Shown here: one piece after another, positions 1 through 9,540 of the stretch | Layout: each line of letters opens with the position of its first letter | Numbering within the stretch: the first letter of the stretch is position 1 | Origin: Planctomycetota bacterium | GTDB taxonomy: Bacteria > Planctomycetota > UBA8108 > UBA1146 > JAJFFE01 | Direction: 5' to 3' | Assembly (NCBI GenBank): GCA_039028735.1 | Contig: JBCCHQ010000001.1 | Location: 4,585-68,584, forward strand | DNA length: 64,000 nucleotides | The notes under the pieces: generated by a model | Seen by the model: the letters and a program-made list of their open reading frames with translations, nothing else | Told to the model about the DNA's origin: nothing | The model's database searches: none | Made by a program: the position numbers and the translations under genes

Positions 1-1
1 G

Positions 2-253
2 GTCGACCCCGACATGATCGACATCGCGGATGGGGCTACGTTTCATGGCATGTTCCAGGCGCACAGCTTCGAAGACCGCGTGCTGAAAACCGACCGCGTA
101 ACGATCGGAGCGGGGGCGACCGTCAGTGCCGGGGCTGTCCTCTTGTACGGTGCACATATCGGGCAAGGAGCACAGTTGGGGCCGCACAGCGTCGTCATGA
201 AACACGAACACCTCTTGCCTACTCGCCACCACGAGGGCTGCCCCACCCAATAG
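2..253 (+). CDS. 3' fragment of a hexapeptide-repeat (left-handed beta-helix) protein, truncated by the window edge
   Basis: The reading frame is open from the window start. IGAGAxV/SAGAVL-type hexapeptide repeats are visible. The fragment ends at TAG 251-253. Confidence 0.4.
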   Translation, partial: VDPDMIDIADGATFHGMFQAHSFEDRVLKTDRVTIGAGATVSAGAVLLYGAHIGQGAQLGPHSVVMKHEHLLPTRHHEGCPTQ

Positions 254-436
254 TCTCCCGATCGCCCGGTTGCAACCGTCCCCAACAGCTCGGCTCACGA
301 CTCCACAGCTTTTTCGCGTTTTGCTGAATCCGGTCGCGTGACCGGGCGAAATGACGTGCAAGAGGAGGAATGGTCCGCCCTCTCCCCACCGGCATCGCGG
401 CTGGTCGGGCAAGGTATTTAGGGAAAGGTAGAGAAG

Positions 437-1033
437 ATGTTCTCCCCCAAGAGACTTGCGTTGTTGAGTTTGATTGCCTTTGGTCTGTTCGCGGCTCCGA
501 TCTCGGCGCAGACCATCACGGCGATCGTCGCCCAAAGCGGCGGTACTTTCGATACAGACAACTCCGACTATGACATTTTGCTGACCGCGGTGCTCGCAGC
601 GGGCCTCGATGATGATCTCGACGACGCGAACGCAAACCTAACAGTGTTTGCCCCCAACGACGGTGCGTTCATCAAGCTGGCGCAGGACTTGGGCTACACC
701 GGCTCCGACGAAGCGGGTGCCTGGCCGTTCCTGGCGCAGGCTCTTGCCGACCTCAATGACGGCGTCGATCCAATTCCAGTGCTCACGAACGTGCTGCTGT
801 ACCACGTTGCTCCCGGCCGCATCAGCCCGCTGGGCCTGATCATCCGGACGTTCTTCAACATCGATATCAACACGCTGCTACCGGGCGCAACGATCGACCC
901 GTTCTTCTTCAAGCTTCGCGACAACGATCCAGACCTGAAGAACCCGCGAGTCCGCAACCCGCTCAACATCAACGCCGACAACGGCAAGATCCATACGATC
1001 AACCGCGTGTTGATCCCGATCGACATTCCCTAG
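437..1033 (+). CDS. Secreted fasciclin (FAS1) domain protein
   Basis: ATG start with an AAAGG RBS. There is an N-terminal signal peptide (LLSLIAFGLFAAPISAQ). FAS1 hallmarks are present: TVFAPNDGAF, LLYHV and HTINRVLIP. Confidence 0.75.
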   Translation: MFSPKRLALLSLIAFGLFAAPISAQTITAIVAQSGGTFDTDNSDYDILLTAVLAAGLDDDLDDANANLTVFAPNDGAFIKLAQDLGYTGSDEAGAWPFLAQALADLNDGVDPIPVLTNVLLYHVAPGRISPLGLIIRTFFNIDINTLLPGATIDPFFFKLRDNDPDLKNPRVRNPLNINADNGKIHTINRVLIPIDIP

Positions 1034-1081
1034 ACCTCCTCCTCGGGTTCGCTCCCTCGTGAGCCCGAACTCGTGCGACAG

Positions 1082-1126
1082 AACAGGCCACCCGGCTGGC
1101 ACACGGGTTGGCCTGTTCTTCTTTTT
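1082..1126 (+). terminator. Rho-independent terminator after the fasciclin gene
   Basis: The stem is AACAGGCCACCCG ... CGGGTTGGCCTGTT. It is followed by CTTCTTTTT. Confidence 0.6.
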
Positions 1127-1323
1127 GAGCTGCGCCCGCCCCTGCCGCCCGGAAGATCTTTGCCGCTTTCACTGCTGGTTCTCGTTGTTACAGATGTCGA
1201 CCGCAAGGTTGGCAGCGCGTCCTCTCACGACGGCTCTTCCCGCCGGTCGTCGCTGCGAGTGCGTACCACGACGCAATCCCTCCACCGTCCAACGACGGAG
1301 AACTCAGTACGACAGGCACCCTC

Positions 1324-4300
1324 ATGGCCACACAACGGCAGCACCGCCAAGACCTGGCGGAGTCCCTGACTCCATCCAAACGCTCACAACACTGCGTTCA
1401 TGCGCAGCTACGGCTCTTGATCTGCATCGTGTCGGCAGTAGCTCTGTTTGTTGTACCCGCATGCAACACCGGAGGTCGCGGTACCGAGATCGTCCCGATC
1501 GACCCACCAGAGTCCATCGATGTGACCGGAGTGACACCAGATGAGGGCAGTGCTGGCACGGTGGTGACCATCAGTGGGCACGGCTTCAACCTGGATCCGA
1601 CGATGAACGAGGTGCTGTTCGTCCAGAACGGTCCCGGCACTGCCCGAGTTGCGGGGCAGATCCTCACGGTCACCTCGAGCGGAACCGACGAGTACGGTCG
1701 CCTCGTTACCGCAATGACGGTCCGGGCGCCGACGAACCTGCACACTTCGACGATCAACGTCAGCGTCTTTGACGGTGACGATTTCGTTTTCGCAGGTGCG
1801 AGAGACTTCTTGGCGACACCGGTGATCACTGCCGTTGTCTATGGTGCGACGAACGCCGGCTCTGGAATCGCGAACATCATCAACGACACGGTCGCGGACC
1901 TCAACGTGATCTTGTACGGATACAACCTATCCAATGTCGTAGGTGCCATCGCCACCGACGAGAACGCTCAGCCCGTCAACGTGATGGCAATGCCCGGGCT
2001 GCCCGCTGGGGCGCCGGCACCTCCGCCTGGCGTAACGGCGGCCACCGTCTTCATTCCTGCAGGCACACCGATTGCATTTCCCAACTGCGTAGAGTCGGCC
2101 ATGGTGCAGCTGCAGGTGCAAACGGCCGGCAACACCGCCGTACCTCTGGTGAGCAATCGCGTGTTGATCAAGTTCCGCAAAAGGTACCCGTCCGGTGCCT
2201 TGGACGACCTGCACGGCAGCGTCACGAGTCTGGTTGTCCCTTCGGGGGTTCGCGCGGGCCAGATCGAATGTGAATTCAACCTGCACGCCGATGCGGATGG
2301 ATCGAGCGCAGTCTTCGACGTTACGCCGCAGTACTTGGATCCTGCGGGAACTTATGTCGACTGCACTGTTGTCGATGGCCCCGTTCAAGTACTTCCGGGG
2401 AAGGCCGTCGAGCCAGCAAGCGCAGCGATTCAGGCCGCTGGGCACAAGAGCTCGTTCATCTGGGACAGTGGCGCAGACCTGCCGCTGTTTGAGGGTGTGA
2501 CGCAACTACGCCTACTGGTGGAGCAGACCGGCAACACGTTTCTGTGCGACCAAGCTGCCGACGGCGAGTTCGTTTCGGCGCCCATCGCTATTGCCAACAC
2601 TGGGGCGTCGGGATTGGGATCGATCTTCGAGACGTTTCGCAGCGAGCGCTATCTCGACGACAATGCCACTGATAATGGTGTATGGGTCGTGGGGTCCGGA
2701 CAGGCAGAGGGCATCGGTGATCCGGCGACGGCTCCCAGCCTGTTTGGTGCGGGGACCGTCGACGTGTTCCTCGAGGACGGGATCGCCTACACGATCGACA
2801 CCGACGCGGGGATCATCGTCGTGGATGATATCAACCTGGGACTCCCCACACCGCTGACTGACGCTGCAAATCCGGGGGCACTGCTCCATGAACTGCACGT
2901 GCGGTCGCTAACGATCGAACCCGGTGCAATAGTCACAGTTGTCGGCGAGTTCCCAGTCGTCTTTCGAGTCAGTGGCAGCGGAGTCGCCGGAGAGACGGTT
3001 GTGCAAGTCGACGGCGTCTTGGATCTGTCCGGGGAAGATGGGCAGGACGGCACGGACGTCACTCCAGGAGCTGGAGGCATTGGCATCGCCGGAGGCGGGA
3101 ACGGCGGTACGGGGGCACAAGCAATTGCTGGCGCACTCGACATCCAAGATATCGTGCCAGCGACGTCCGGGACCGGACCTGGTGCGGGCCAGTTCGGCCG
3201 CAGTACATCGTGGCTCAGCGCGTCGGTGGCGACCGCGCGCGGTGGGCCTGGCGGCGGCGCCGGTCACGCGGCAGCCGGATTGGACGGCGTTAGCACGAAC
3301 ACATCCAACGCGATCGCGAAAGCACAGCCCGGTCGCGGCGGCAGCGCCTATGGTGACTCTTTGCTGGTGCATCTATCGCCAGGCAGCGGCGGCGGTGGTG
3401 GCGGCACTGGCATTCGCTACGTTCCATCGTCACAGGTCCTGAGTGACAAAACCGGTGGCGGTGGTGGTGCCGGCGGCGGTGCCATCGAAATCGTTGCCGA
3501 CGGAGTCGTCGAGATCGGCGGCAGCATCATCTGTGACGGGGGCGCTGGTGGACTCGGCGCACCGGGACCTTACGGCGCGCAAGGAGGTGCAGGCAGCGGC
3601 GGTTCCATCGCGATTCGTGCGACCCAGGGCCTTCGCATCGCAGACGACGCGGTGCTGACTGCGCGTGGGCGCCCTGGGACTCAGCACAACAACAGCAGCA
3701 CGACGTGGCTGAGTGGCGGCAGTAGTGACGGTCGCATTCACCTGGAGAGCAACGGTCCTTCGCACTACGCTGGTTTTCATACGTTCACAGGTCTCGAACC
3801 ACCGCTTTCCGACAGCGCCGTGCGGACTGGCGTCAGCGCACTGCAGGTCAATGTCGGTAGTGGAGGCGATGGTACGCTGAATCTATCGAGCGCCGCGGTC
3901 GGTGCTACTTGGGTCGTCGACAGCGGCGCGACGTCAGCGGATCGCGCACGTGTATTTGATGAGGCAGGCACTTTGGTCCTCGTCGCAGGCCAGCCCGGTG
4001 GCGTCATCGAACTGACAACGCTGATCATTCCAGAGCAAGTTACGCTGCGTGTTTGGGGTGGCAACCCGCTGACACTGCGAGTAACCGGCGCGGCAAAGAT
4101 CGATGGCACTATCGATGTCTCGGGGGGCCCTGGTGGTCTGATCGACGACTCGGGCAGCGATCCGATCGCCGGCGCGGGCGGCCGTGCTGGGCCCGGGGGT
4201 GGCGACGGCGGGAGTGGTGGCATCGTGAGCGGGAGCGCGAATGTCATTGGAGGAATCGGTACCCTACCGCACTCACTACCACCTGAACTCCTTGCCACAT

Positions 4301-5388
4301 CACCGTACTCGGCGGGACCTCAAACTAGCGCGCCCGTCCCCGCGGTGCCGGCGTTGCCGGCCTACGGAGGGCGCAACGTGATTGGTGGGAGCGCTCTCGA
4401 TGCGGCCAGTAGCGGCGGCGGGGGTGGCTTTGGACATCCCGGCAACGAGGGCGCCGCGGGTAACGTCGGTGCGACGACGGTAGCTGGAGGTGGCGGTGGC
4501 TCCGCCTACTTGAACAACGACTTCATCCAACCCGGTACCTTGGCCACCTTGTTGGCCGGGGGGGCCGGCGGCGGGGGTGGAGGCGCGTCGGACTTCTCAG
4601 ACCTTCAGCTTGCGCACGCTCCGGGGACAGGCGGTGGCGGGGGTGGCGGTTGCTTGCAGATCAGCGTCGGTGGAGCGTTCGACCTGAACGCAACCGCGCA
4701 GCTGCTTGCGCGCGGCGGCGACGCGTTTCGCGCGACTCAATGGAGCGGGAATGGCGGCGGCGGTGCCGGCGGCGCGATCCGACTACAAGGGCTCAGCGAG
4801 ATGCGCATCAATGGCGCAGTGATCAGTGTGGCAGGCGGCCAAGCGAATCGACCCGTCGCTGACCACCCTGACCCGGCCCAAGTGATCGGCGCCAGCTACA
4901 TCGAGAACAGCGGTGAACTCGGCGGTATCGGCGGATCGGGACGGATCCAGATTGAATCGCCGTTTGGCATCAACAGCGAGCCAGCCGCTTCTTGCGCTGT
5001 ATCGAGTGCAGCGGGGATCTGCCCGGCGCCCACTTCCGGTTCTTTCTTCTTGGCAGATGCTGGCACCAGCGTTGGGCAGTCTCTGACCTATCACGTGTCG
5101 GTCACGAACGGTGTCTATCCCGGGCATCCCCAGTTCCACCTGATCCGACAGGATCCGGGAACACCGCCCGGAGACACGCCGCGCGTTCTGTCGTTCATGC
5201 GCGGAGCCAGTGAAGACCGGGCGCGCCCCGGAACGATCGGCGAGTTCGGGCCTTGGACCGACTCTCCGTCGACACTGCGAAACACGCAGTATGTGCAGCT
5301 GAAACACATCTTCGTCGCTCGCACGGACTCGGCGGGGATGATCCTGCCGCAGATCCTCGAGGAGGTTGAGGTGCTGTTCGACTACTAG
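1324..5388 (+). CDS. Giant (1354 aa) glycine-rich secreted or lipoprotein with an N-terminal IPT/TIG-like domain
   Basis: ATG start. There is a hydrophobic signal with Cys (LFVVPAC). VTGVTPDEGSAGTVVTISGHGF is an IPT/TIG-like segment. Long Gly/Ala/Ser-rich repeat tracts follow (GGGGGGTG, GGAGGLGAPGPYGAQGGAGSGG, GGGGGGGCLQ). There is no dockerin-like tail. Confidence 0.7.
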   Translation: MATQRQHRQDLAESLTPSKRSQHCVHAQLRLLICIVSAVALFVVPACNTGGRGTEIVPIDPPESIDVTGVTPDEGSAGTVVTISGHGFNLDPTMNEVLFVQNGPGTARVAGQILTVTSSGTDEYGRLVTAMTVRAPTNLHTSTINVSVFDGDDFVFAGARDFLATPVITAVVYGATNAGSGIANIINDTVADLNVILYGYNLSNVVGAIATDENAQPVNVMAMPGLPAGAPAPPPGVTAATVFIPAGTPIAFPNCVESAMVQLQVQTAGNTAVPLVSNRVLIKFRKRYPSGALDDLHGSVTSLVVPSGVRAGQIECEFNLHADADGSSAVFDVTPQYLDPAGTYVDCTVVDGPVQVLPGKAVEPASAAIQAAGHKSSFIWDSGADLPLFEGVTQLRLLVEQTGNTFLCDQAADGEFVSAPIAIANTGASGLGSIFETFRSERYLDDNATDNGVWVVGSGQAEGIGDPATAPSLFGAGTVDVFLEDGIAYTIDTDAGIIVVDDINLGLPTPLTDAANPGALLHELHVRSLTIEPGAIVTVVGEFPVVFRVSGSGVAGETVVQVDGVLDLSGEDGQDGTDVTPGAGGIGIAGGGNGGTGAQAIAGALDIQDIVPATSGTGPGAGQFGRSTSWLSASVATARGGPGGGAGHAAAGLDGVSTNTSNAIAKAQPGRGGSAYGDSLLVHLSPGSGGGGGGTGIRYVPSSQVLSDKTGGGGGAGGGAIEIVADGVVEIGGSIICDGGAGGLGAPGPYGAQGGAGSGGSIAIRATQGLRIADDAVLTARGRPGTQHNNSSTTWLSGGSSDGRIHLESNGPSHYAGFHTFTGLEPPLSDSAVRTGVSALQVNVGSGGDGTLNLSSAAVGATWVVDSGATSADRARVFDEAGTLVLVAGQPGGVIELTTLIIPEQVTLRVWGGNPLTLRVTGAAKIDGTIDVSGGPGGLIDDSGSDPIAGAGGRAGPGGGDGGSGGIVSGSANVIGGIGTLPHSLPPELLATSPYSAGPQTSAPVPAVPALPAYGGRNVIGGSALDAASSGGGGGFGHPGNEGAAGNVGATTVAGGGGGSAYLNNDFIQPGTLATLLAGGAGGGGGGASDFSDLQLAHAPGTGGGGGGGCLQISVGGAFDLNATAQLLARGGDAFRATQWSGNGGGGAGGAIRLQGLSEMRINGAVISVAGGQANRPVADHPDPAQVIGASYIENSGELGGIGGSGRIQIESPFGINSEPAASCAVSSAAGICPAPTSGSFFLADAGTSVGQSLTYHVSVTNGVYPGHPQFHLIRQDPGTPPGDTPRVLSFMRGASEDRARPGTIGEFGPWTDSPSTLRNTQYVQLKHIFVARTDSAGMILPQILEEVEVLFDY

Positions 5389-5491
5389 ACGCGCGCGGAT
5401 CCAAGCCCGGATTCGATACACGTGATTCCCTCTCGGCGAGCCACCGAGTACCGTCTCTGTTCACGACCGGTGTTGCAACAGAACGGGACTC

Positions 5492-6649
5492 ATGGCTGCC
5501 GAGCGGCATGTGATCATCGCGGGTGCTGGAATCGGGGGGCTTTGTGCGGCGATAGCGCTGCGTCGCCGCGGGTTCGCGGTCACGGTTCTGGAAAAACAAT
5601 CCGAACCGCGCGAAGTCGGTGCCGGCCTTTCGCTCTGGGTCAACGCAACACGCGCCCTCGCAAGCCTTGGACTCTCCGAACTGATAGAAGAGCTCTCTGT
5701 GCCTGCTGCAGACGGCGGGTTGTTCGACCATCGTGGACAGTTGCTGACCGCAATGTCGACACGCGCGTTCGAGCAGCGATTCGGTGGCGCTACGGTTGTC
5801 GTACATCGCCCCGACTTCTTGCATGGTCTGTGTGCCCGCTGCGATGCATCGATTCGTGGTGCAGCCACGGTAGTCGAAGTGCAGCAGACTGATTCTGCCG
5901 TGAAGGCGATCCTCGCAAATGGCGAGGAGGTACAGGGCGACTGTCTCATCGGCGCTGACGGCATCGGGTCCGTCGTGCGTGCGGCGATCGGCAGGAACTC
6001 GCAACGCCGGTACGCCGGGTGCACAGCGTACCGGGGTGTCGTGCGACTCGAGGACGCTGGGTTGTCCCTCTCGGACAGCTTTTGGGGGATCTACCTGGCG
6101 CCCGGGGTGCAAGCTGGGTGCACGCCGATGGCCCAAGGGCGCGTTTACTGGTTCATTGGCGTCAACGCTGCCGAGGGAGGTCCGCAGGGTCCGGGAGGGC
6201 ATCGTGACGCTGTGCTCGACCTGCTGTCTCCATGGCCCGATACGATGCAGCGCCTAGCGGCAGCCACGCCCGACTCCGACATTCTTCGCAATGACCTCTA
6301 CGATCTGCCATGCGTCGACAACTGGAGTGAGGGACGTGTGACGTTGCTCGGCGACGCCGCCCACGCAACGACACCGAATCTTGGGCAAGGCGCGTGCATG
6401 GCGATCGAGGACGCAGTCGTCGTTGCACGCTCCCTGGCAGAGCACGACACTCACGAGGCCGCGTTCCAAGCGTACGAGGCAGCTCGTTTGCGGCGCTGCA
6501 ATCGCGTCACGCGCAGCTCGCGCTTCCTTGGGCGTGTCCTGCAGTTGGAGAATCCGCTGCTGATCAAGCTGCGTAACTTCGCCATGCGCCGGGGCAGCGA
6601 GCGCAGCCAGATGCAGCGCCTCGCTTGGCTCCTCGAACATCAACTATAA
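5492..6649 (+). CDS. FAD-dependent aromatic-ring monooxygenase (salicylate hydroxylase / UbiH family)
   Basis: It carries the GAGIGGL dinucleotide-binding motif. It carries the DAAHATTPNLGQGACMAIEDA FAD fingerprint. It is 385 aa. Confidence 0.85.
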   Translation: MAAERHVIIAGAGIGGLCAAIALRRRGFAVTVLEKQSEPREVGAGLSLWVNATRALASLGLSELIEELSVPAADGGLFDHRGQLLTAMSTRAFEQRFGGATVVVHRPDFLHGLCARCDASIRGAATVVEVQQTDSAVKAILANGEEVQGDCLIGADGIGSVVRAAIGRNSQRRYAGCTAYRGVVRLEDAGLSLSDSFWGIYLAPGVQAGCTPMAQGRVYWFIGVNAAEGGPQGPGGHRDAVLDLLSPWPDTMQRLAAATPDSDILRNDLYDLPCVDNWSEGRVTLLGDAAHATTPNLGQGACMAIEDAVVVARSLAEHDTHEAAFQAYEAARLRRCNRVTRSSRFLGRVLQLENPLLIKLRNFAMRRGSERSQMQRLAWLLEHQL

Positions 6650-6683
6650 AGAACGCTGGCGCTCCTGCTGTCGAGATTGCATC

Positions 6684-8681
6684 GTGGGCTGCATGAAACG
6701 CTACACTCACCTCCAGCCTCAGACGCCCACGCCATGTACGGCAAGATTCACCCGCGTGTTGGTCGCGCTCTGTGCCTTCGTCTGTGTGCTGGCGGTTTTT
6801 GGAGGAGACTGCGGCCTCCGACTGGCTCGAGCACAAACGAAACGGTCCCGCGCAAGCGTCAAGCACTACGCACATACGATTCGTGATTCGACGACGTGGG
6901 ACAAGCTAGCGGCACGACCCAAATGGGCGACGCAAGCGCGGACGGAAGTGGTCAAGTTCCTCGTCGACACGACTCAGAACCATCGTGTTTGGTTGATCAA
7001 CACGCGGCGCTTCGAGAACCACTACGAGTTCGTCCGTACGCGCTCGGCATTGTCCAACACGGTGCCCAGCTTACGGGCATTCAACGACCGTGAGTACACC
7101 AGTCCGAACCGGCGCTTCGAGATGGGATCGATCATTCACTATGAGGACTCTGATCTTTGGACAGTGGAGTTGGCTGCATGCGACACGTTGTCCGGGGAGC
7201 GTATCGTGCGGCTCTTCCATCGACTCAAGCGGGCGCTGTGGATTGGCGACCAACTGAAGTTCCGGCCATGCAGTCCGCTGCAGATCGCGAACCTGGCGAA
7301 GTATGGCGAGCAGCTTCCCATCATTAGCACCGACGAGGTGTTTCGAGGTGTACGCTACCAGCCGCTGACGGTGGGTGTCTCCTACGGCTACCTGCGTCTC
7401 GTCGATGGCGAACTCGAGGCAAGTAGCGTGCGACCCGATCAGATCCTGGTGCTGCGCGACTTGCCTGCCGAGGTGCCGCTGTGCGCTGGCGTGATTTCGC
7501 AACCACTACAGGCGCCGCTCGGGCATATCGCAATCCTGTGTGCCAACCGAGGCACACCGAACATGGCGCTGAAGGGCGCGCTCGCTAACGACAGGCTGCG
7601 CCAGCTCGATGGGCGATTGGTGCGACTTGAAGTGCAGGTTCAGGAGTACTTGGTGTCAGCAGCACGGCTCAGTGACGCGAAGAAGGATTGGCAGCGACGA
7701 GCCCCGCCGCGGCCGCGGCTCCCGAAGCTCAATCGCAGAGTCGTCGATCTCGCGGATCTATCTGCCGTAGCGCTCGAGGACGCTGACTATGCCGGAGCGA
7801 AAGCAGCACAGTTGGCGGAGGTCGGCCGGATCGGCGGGATCACGACGCCAGGCGGCTTCGTAGTGCCGATCGCTCGCTACCTCGGTCACGCTCACGCGTC
7901 GGGTGCGTTGCAGAATCTAGATGAGAAACTCGCGGACGAGGAGTTCGGCGGAAGCCTGCCACTGCGGACCGCGTGGCTGGCATCCGTGCGTGAACGGATC
8001 GAAGCGCACCCGATCGACTTTCGGTTGCTGAGCGCCGTGCACGATCGGATCAAAGAGGCGGCGCCAGAGTCACGCTGGATCTTGCGATCCAGCACGAACG
8101 CTGAAGATCTGGCCGGCTTTTCTGGCGCGGGCCTGTACCGGTCCGTTCGCATCAATGCCGGCGCGTCGCGAGCCGAACTGGCGCAAGCCATGCGCAAGGT
8201 CTGGGCAAGCGTGTGGCTGCCGGGCGCTTTCGAAGAACGACAGTGGTATCGCATCGACCACAAGCGTGTTGGCATGGCGATCCTCGTGCAACCATTCCTC
8301 GACGCCGTAGCCACAGGTGTCGCGATCACGGCAAACCCCTTCACCGAAATCAGGCCCGGCGTCTACATCAACACGCAAGCTGTCGGCGGCAGCGTAACCG
8401 GGGCCGCCGGGGATGAGATCCCTGAGCAACTTCTCGTCTACGATTTCATGGGCGACCTCGACATCGAGATCATCTCGCGTAGCTCCCGGACCAACGGAGA
8501 ACCGCTCCTCGCCGAACCCATGGTCCGAGATCTCGCCCAGCAACTGCGAAAGATCCACAACCATTTCGTCCCCACCTATCGCAACCGGGGCAACGCCGTA
8601 GACGTCGAATTCCTCACCACAGCCACCCAACTAATCATCCTCCAAGCCAGACCCCACAAAACCCACCCCCAAACCCCCTGA
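6684..8681 (+). CDS. Membrane-anchored protein with a C-terminal PEP-utilising / pyruvate phosphate dikinase N-terminal-type (PPDK_N, ATP-grasp) nucleotide-binding domain
   Basis: The ORF begins at GTG 6684, with an alternative ATG at 6693. There is one N-terminal TM segment (VLVALCAFVCVLAVFGG). The C-terminal ~330 aa carry RSSTNAEDLAGFSGAGLYRSV and the surrounding PPDK_N pattern. The N-terminal ~300 aa are unassigned. Confidence 0.65.
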   Translation: MGCMKRYTHLQPQTPTPCTARFTRVLVALCAFVCVLAVFGGDCGLRLARAQTKRSRASVKHYAHTIRDSTTWDKLAARPKWATQARTEVVKFLVDTTQNHRVWLINTRRFENHYEFVRTRSALSNTVPSLRAFNDREYTSPNRRFEMGSIIHYEDSDLWTVELAACDTLSGERIVRLFHRLKRALWIGDQLKFRPCSPLQIANLAKYGEQLPIISTDEVFRGVRYQPLTVGVSYGYLRLVDGELEASSVRPDQILVLRDLPAEVPLCAGVISQPLQAPLGHIAILCANRGTPNMALKGALANDRLRQLDGRLVRLEVQVQEYLVSAARLSDAKKDWQRRAPPRPRLPKLNRRVVDLADLSAVALEDADYAGAKAAQLAEVGRIGGITTPGGFVVPIARYLGHAHASGALQNLDEKLADEEFGGSLPLRTAWLASVRERIEAHPIDFRLLSAVHDRIKEAAPESRWILRSSTNAEDLAGFSGAGLYRSVRINAGASRAELAQAMRKVWASVWLPGAFEERQWYRIDHKRVGMAILVQPFLDAVATGVAITANPFTEIRPGVYINTQAVGGSVTGAAGDEIPEQLLVYDFMGDLDIEIISRSSRTNGEPLLAEPMVRDLAQQLRKIHNHFVPTYRNRGNAVDVEFLTTATQLIILQARPHKTHPQTP

Positions 8682-8874
8682 CCCCCACCCAGGGTTGTGG
8701 TCTCCGCTATCGAGCAAACTCTCTTTGAATGGCAGAGGAGGGTCTGCAGAGACTTCTCGAGAGCAGCATCTGTAGCAGAATCAAGAGCGCCATCGTGTCC
8801 GCCAACGGTACGAATTGCGAGTCATCGACCGATTCCTCGGGAGGGGACGCCTTCGCCGCGGGAGTCGAGCAATT

Positions 8875-9411
8875 CTAGGACCGCGGATTACCCGGGGTGA
8901 GGGAGATTCTTTGGGTGATTTGGGTGTGGTGGTGGCTGTGGATGAGGGCGAAGCGGAGCCATTGGCGGGGGGTGAAGCCGCCGAGGATTGGGTGAGGGAT
9001 TCTGCGCTTGATGGTGTCGAGTTGGCTCGTGTGTGGGCGCAGCGTTGCGATCAGTTCTTCGCAGGACGCTAGGGTGTCGGTCAGGTCGGTGGCGGCGGGC
9101 GCGGGTTGGGGTAAGACGGAATCGGGAGCGCTGGCGCCGCTGGGGATGCGTCCGGAGACGAGGACGGCCCAACCGACGGCTTTGATGCTAGGCTCGTTGT
9201 TGCCGACAGCGGGGTCCTGATGGAGCTTGGCGACCGCACGCAGGTTCAACAACGTGGCGGTGGCAATGTGATCGACGTGTTGAGCAACCGACCAGGCAGA
9301 AACTTCCGGTCGCACGACCGCGGCACCTTGCGCATGCTCGGCGACGACATCTCGCCAATGTCGAAGCTCCGCGTCGAGGGCGGCAAGAGAGCGCTGAGAG
9401 CGTGGGTACAA
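8875..9411 (-). CDS. DinB/YfiT-like (DinB_2) metal-dependent hydrolase or thiol transferase family protein
   Basis: A WS.AQH.DHI first His motif and a C-terminal HSHHH cluster are present. It is 178 aa. Confidence 0.55.
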   Translation of the reverse strand: MYPRSQRSLAALDAELRHWRDVVAEHAQGAAVVRPEVSAWSVAQHVDHIATATLLNLRAVAKLHQDPAVGNNEPSIKAVGWAVLVSGRIPSGASAPDSVLPQPAPAATDLTDTLASCEELIATLRPHTSQLDTIKRRIPHPILGGFTPRQWLRFALIHSHHHTQITQRISLTPGNPRS

Positions 9412-9540
9412 ATCCGACTCCTAGGTTGAGCGATACGCCGAAGGCACACTCCTGCGCGATGGCCGGAGCGTACGCTCGGATCATTCGCCGACCCGCTATG
9501 TTGGATTCAGAACACCGCAGTTTCGACGCTATGCACCGCT

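Noticed and set aside
1398-4298. Numerous long antisense or overlapping ORFs in the track: 1398..1829, 1927..2505, 2908..3372, 3777..4298 and similar, plus 9976..10689, 24853..26070, 34049..34828, 45335..46354 and 45840..46841.
   Set aside because: Their translations are Arg/Pro/Ala-rich low-complexity, typical of the antisense strand of high-GC genes. They lie wholly inside well-supported genes on the other strand or frame. No motifs are present.
8900-8960. GGTGGTGGTGG / GGGTG-rich simple repeats.
   Set aside because: They lie inside the minus-strand DinB-family gene. They encode its C-terminal His cluster (HSHHH), not an independent element.
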